Part shown: positions 61,759 through 64,000 of the stretch, piece by piece
How the letters are laid out: every line of letters begins with the position of its first letter
Position numbering within the stretch: position 1 is the first letter of the stretch
Sequence record: MK310184
DNA: 64,000 bases
Reading direction: 5' to 3' (one strand)
Source: Phage NC-G
Translations under genes and position numbers: made by a program
The notes under the pieces: model-generated
What the model saw: only the letters and a program-made list of their open reading frames with translations
Told to the model about the DNA's origin: nothing
Database searches by the model: none

Positions 61759-62322
61759 TTAATATACCGCCTCAAACATCTTTTTAGATTTTAGGTAATT
61801 GGCCTTTTCTAGAACCTCAGAAGCATATTTACTGCCTGCTTTGACATTCCAGCCCGCATTATAAGAAGCAATCGCTTTTCTCAGGTCACCTTTGTGAACA
61901 TCAATCCAATAAGACAGTTCAATGTAGGCCCAAGAGGCACTGTTCTGTCGTTTTTGGACCATACGAATTATTTCTTTGTCTGACATCTTCCAACCCACCT
62001 GTTGAACACGACTTCTTAACGTAGGCAAGTAATTTTGGAACATGCCATAAGCATGGTGCTTATCTTTATTTAAACCTTGATTAATTCCGGCGGATGATTC
62101 CTGCCATAGTAATCCGGCCATAATATATCCTAATCCTTTTTGATTAGGGTTTTCTTTGAACTTTCCCGACTTTTGGTATTGTTCACCGAAAGCATACGCA
62201 TAATGTAAATTATCGAGCTGGGTTTCTGTAAATACGGGTTCTGCTGCACTTACAGAAAACGAACCACACATAATAGCCGCTATTAAAGAATATTTAAGTT
62301 TTTTTAGAAAAATCATAATCAA
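61759..62322 (-). CDS. lytic transglycosylase (SLT domain) with signal peptide
   Basis: 187 aa; SLT motifs (LLWQESS, YGMFQ, SYNAG). Confidence 0.6.
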   Translation of the reverse strand: MIMIFLKKLKYSLIAAIMCGSFSVSAAEPVFTETQLDNLHYAYAFGEQYQKSGKFKENPNQKGLGYIMAGLLWQESSAGINQGLNKDKHHAYGMFQNYLPTLRSRVQQVGWKMSDKEIIRMVQKRQNSASWAYIELSYWIDVHKGDLRKAIASYNAGWNVKAGSKYASEVLEKANYLKSKKMFEAVY

Positions 62323-63028
62323 TAAGTCCTCGGTAATCTACATTAGGGAAGCCGTTCTTAATTGCGATTTTACTAAATCTTCCACACTTGAGCTTATTAT
62401 TATCTACCCATAATTTATATAATTGTGAATACATCGGTTCATGCCATATAGGGGATTTACGCAAAGAGGCTTTTTTCCTTTCTATAGTTTCTTTAGAATT
62501 TTGTATGGCTTTAAATTTTTGTCTATTTTCAGGATTTTCAAAATACTTAACCCGTTTTTCAGACATTTTAGCTTTTACTTTTGGCGAATTTAAAATTTCT
62601 TTGAGCCGTTCTTTAGAGCCTTCCTTTTCAAAATACTTTATTAAAGCCATTGAATGAGCAGCCCTATTTTCCTTTTTAGAGAAAAATAAAATTTTATTAA
62701 TAGATTGCAATTTTGAAAATGATTCTTTAGCCAACTTATAATTTTCAGAATCTACAAAATAAGACCTTTGTTTTGAATTTGAAGTAGAGCTCATATTTAA
62801 CCAGGCAAAATTCAACCCATAGTGGTTTGGATTAGCTTTGGCTAGATACATATGGGCCAAATAATGTTCATCAGCATAAAGCTCAACTAAATTGTCTTGA
62901 GTGTCAGGACCACCAACACAACTCGGAATTATATGATGCTTTTCTGTATAGGCGTCATTAGGTGTATCCCTAGATAAGGCCGCATTTATTATTTTATAGT
63001 AGTCATATGGATATTTTATAGTTTCCAT
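62294..63028 (-). CDS. HNH homing endonuclease
   Basis: 244 aa; HNH motif EKHHIIPSCVGGPDTQDNLVELYADEHYLAHM; basic repeat-rich C-terminus. Confidence 0.7.
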   Translation of the reverse strand: METIKYPYDYYKIINAALSRDTPNDAYTEKHHIIPSCVGGPDTQDNLVELYADEHYLAHMYLAKANPNHYGLNFAWLNMSSTSNSKQRSYFVDSENYKLAKESFSKLQSINKILFFSKKENRAAHSMALIKYFEKEGSKERLKEILNSPKVKAKMSEKRVKYFENPENRQKFKAIQNSKETIERKKASLRKSPIWHEPMYSQLYKLWVDNNKLKCGRFSKIAIKNGFPNVDYRGLIDYDFSKKT

Positions 63029-63035
63029 ACTGTCC

Positions 63036-63494
63036 TCACAAGTAAATTACTTTCGTGCTGGTTTTACCTTCTAAACGTTTAGAGTTAACAAATGCCATAC
63101 GGCATTTAAGGGAATATCCTTTATCAGGGTGTTTACGGTCTACTGTCATACCTAACCATAAGGTTTTATCGGTAATCTCAAGACGCAGTGGGCGATACAC
63201 TTTACCTGGGACAATTTCAGATTCTACATCAGGCAGAGGTTCCTGGATTAAAAATTCATGGATTTCTTTAACATGGTTATGGAGTTGCTTGAATAAAGCA
63301 AAAACGTATTTTTCGTCAATTTCACGTTGGATAGCACGGTCCAATAGGTGATTAGAGTACTTAATAAAGAAAGCTGGGACTCCACTCTTAATGGCGGCTT
63401 TTTTGATGGATGTATTCAGTTCACGAAATTCGGTTTCGAACTGACGACGTAATTTGTTGCGGCGGATGAATACTTCTGAATTAATTTCTGACAT
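63036..63494 (-). CDS. regB: RegB site-specific endoribonuclease
   Basis: 152 aa; blocks matching recalled T4 RegB (EVFIRRNKLRR.FE.EFR, HLLDRAIQREIDE.YVF, RLEITD..LWLG). Confidence 0.85.
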   Translation of the reverse strand: MSEINSEVFIRRNKLRRQFETEFRELNTSIKKAAIKSGVPAFFIKYSNHLLDRAIQREIDEKYVFALFKQLHNHVKEIHEFLIQEPLPDVESEIVPGKVYRPLRLEITDKTLWLGMTVDRKHPDKGYSLKCRMAFVNSKRLEGKTSTKVIYL

Positions 63495-63521
63495 TTTGTT
63501 TCTCCTGTAGTTGATAGGTTT

Positions 63522-63550
63522 ATAGTATCACTTCTACAGGAGATGTAAAC
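63522..63550 (-). promoter_or_regulatory. early promoter for regB with RBS-complementary spacer
   Basis: -35 GTTTAC 63545-63550, 17-bp spacer, -10 TACTAT 63522-63527; inverted repeat ctcctgtag/ctacaggag. Confidence 0.6.
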
Positions 63551-63554
63551 TGCT

Positions 63555-63806
63555 TTATTCTTGGAATGGCGTGAGTTTTCCGGCTATCGAACAAATTTCT
63601 ACCATCGCAGGATAAAACTCTTTCACTTGTTCAAGGCGCTGGACAGCGTACCGCATTTCGCCTTCTTCAAGACAAGCCACCTGGTCATCGAGCAAATATT
63701 TGTGGTAACCGGTACAGGCTTCGCTAATGATACGTTGGAATTCTTGCAAACTTTCAATTTTCACTAGTATTTTTCCTCGGGTCGAAATACTGCACGACAT
63801 GCCCAC
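63555..63806 (-). CDS. hypothetical protein (83 aa)
   Basis: track ORF. Confidence 0.45.
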   Translation of the reverse strand: MGMSCSISTRGKILVKIESLQEFQRIISEACTGYHKYLLDDQVACLEEGEMRYAVQRLEQVKEFYPAMVEICSIAGKLTPFQE

Positions 63807-63973
63807 ATGCTGGCTTCTTTTAGATGTTGCTTAGCATACTTAAGAGCCTGCACTGCGTCCATATCTTCTTTGGTTTGTTGCTCTGTTTCATTTTCTTTCA
63901 AGATATACGCTTCTTCAATCAGAGCATCAAACATCAATCCAAGACGGACTTCTGCATCTTTAATAGCGTTCAC
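63764..63973 (-). CDS. hypothetical protein (69 aa)
   Basis: track ORF. Confidence 0.45.
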   Translation of the reverse strand: MNAIKDAEVRLGLMFDALIEEAYILKENETEQQTKEDMDAVQALKYAKQHLKEASMWACRAVFRPEEKY

Positions 63974-64000
63974 TTTACCGATTTTATCGTCGGTATGTGG

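Noticed and set aside
1-64000. tRNA genes, rRNA, CRISPR arrays, transposons/IS elements, group I introns
   Set aside because: No cloverleaf-compatible segments, no spaced direct repeats, no terminal inverted repeats flanking a transposase, and all core genes (39, 43, 61, nrdC, tk) are contiguous; the T4 tRNA cluster and intron-bearing genes td/nrdB/nrdD are expected outside this region.

Overview
This window is a 64-kb stretch of a T4-like (Tevenvirinae) myophage genome covering the classic early/middle region. Essentially every gene is on the minus strand and tightly packed, often with ATGA/TAATG start-stop overlaps. Recognised T4 orthologs, in order of increasing coordinate: motA, 52, stp (two copies), ndd, rIIB, rIIA, 39 (contiguous, no gene 60 split), dexA, dda, two Mod-family ADP-ribosyltransferases, soc, 56, 61, 41, 40-position ORF, uvsX, a 42-like hydroxymethylase, 43 (DNA polymerase), regA, 62, 44, 45, rpbA, 46, 47, 55, 49, nrdC, rI, tk, an HNH endonuclease and regB. 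The DNA polymerase looks closest to RB69-type phages, judged from memory rather than a search. No alpha- or beta-glucosyltransferase and no nrdD/nrdG are present. The main candidate for a new system is a translationally coupled cassette in the beta-gt slot between uvsX and gene 43: a 297-aa candidate transferase, a P-loop kinase, a HAD phosphatase and a fused sugar-1-phosphate nucleotidyltransferase/kinase, which I interpret as a DNA sugar-hypermodification pathway (probably arabinosyl-hmC-like). Other notable content: duplicated stp peptides interleaved with small membrane peptides; about 20 copies of a conserved early promoter whose spacer often base-pairs with the RBS of the first gene; strong UUCG/GNRA terminators, one module duplicated 55 kb apart; an opposite-strand mini-island between genes 56 and 61; a macro-domain protein; and an AAA+ ATPase / Pol-beta nucleotidyltransferase / membrane protein trio. 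No rRNA, tRNA, CRISPR or transposon features were seen. All homology calls rest on motifs read from the translations and recollection of T4 proteins; no database search was run, and start codons are best guesses.
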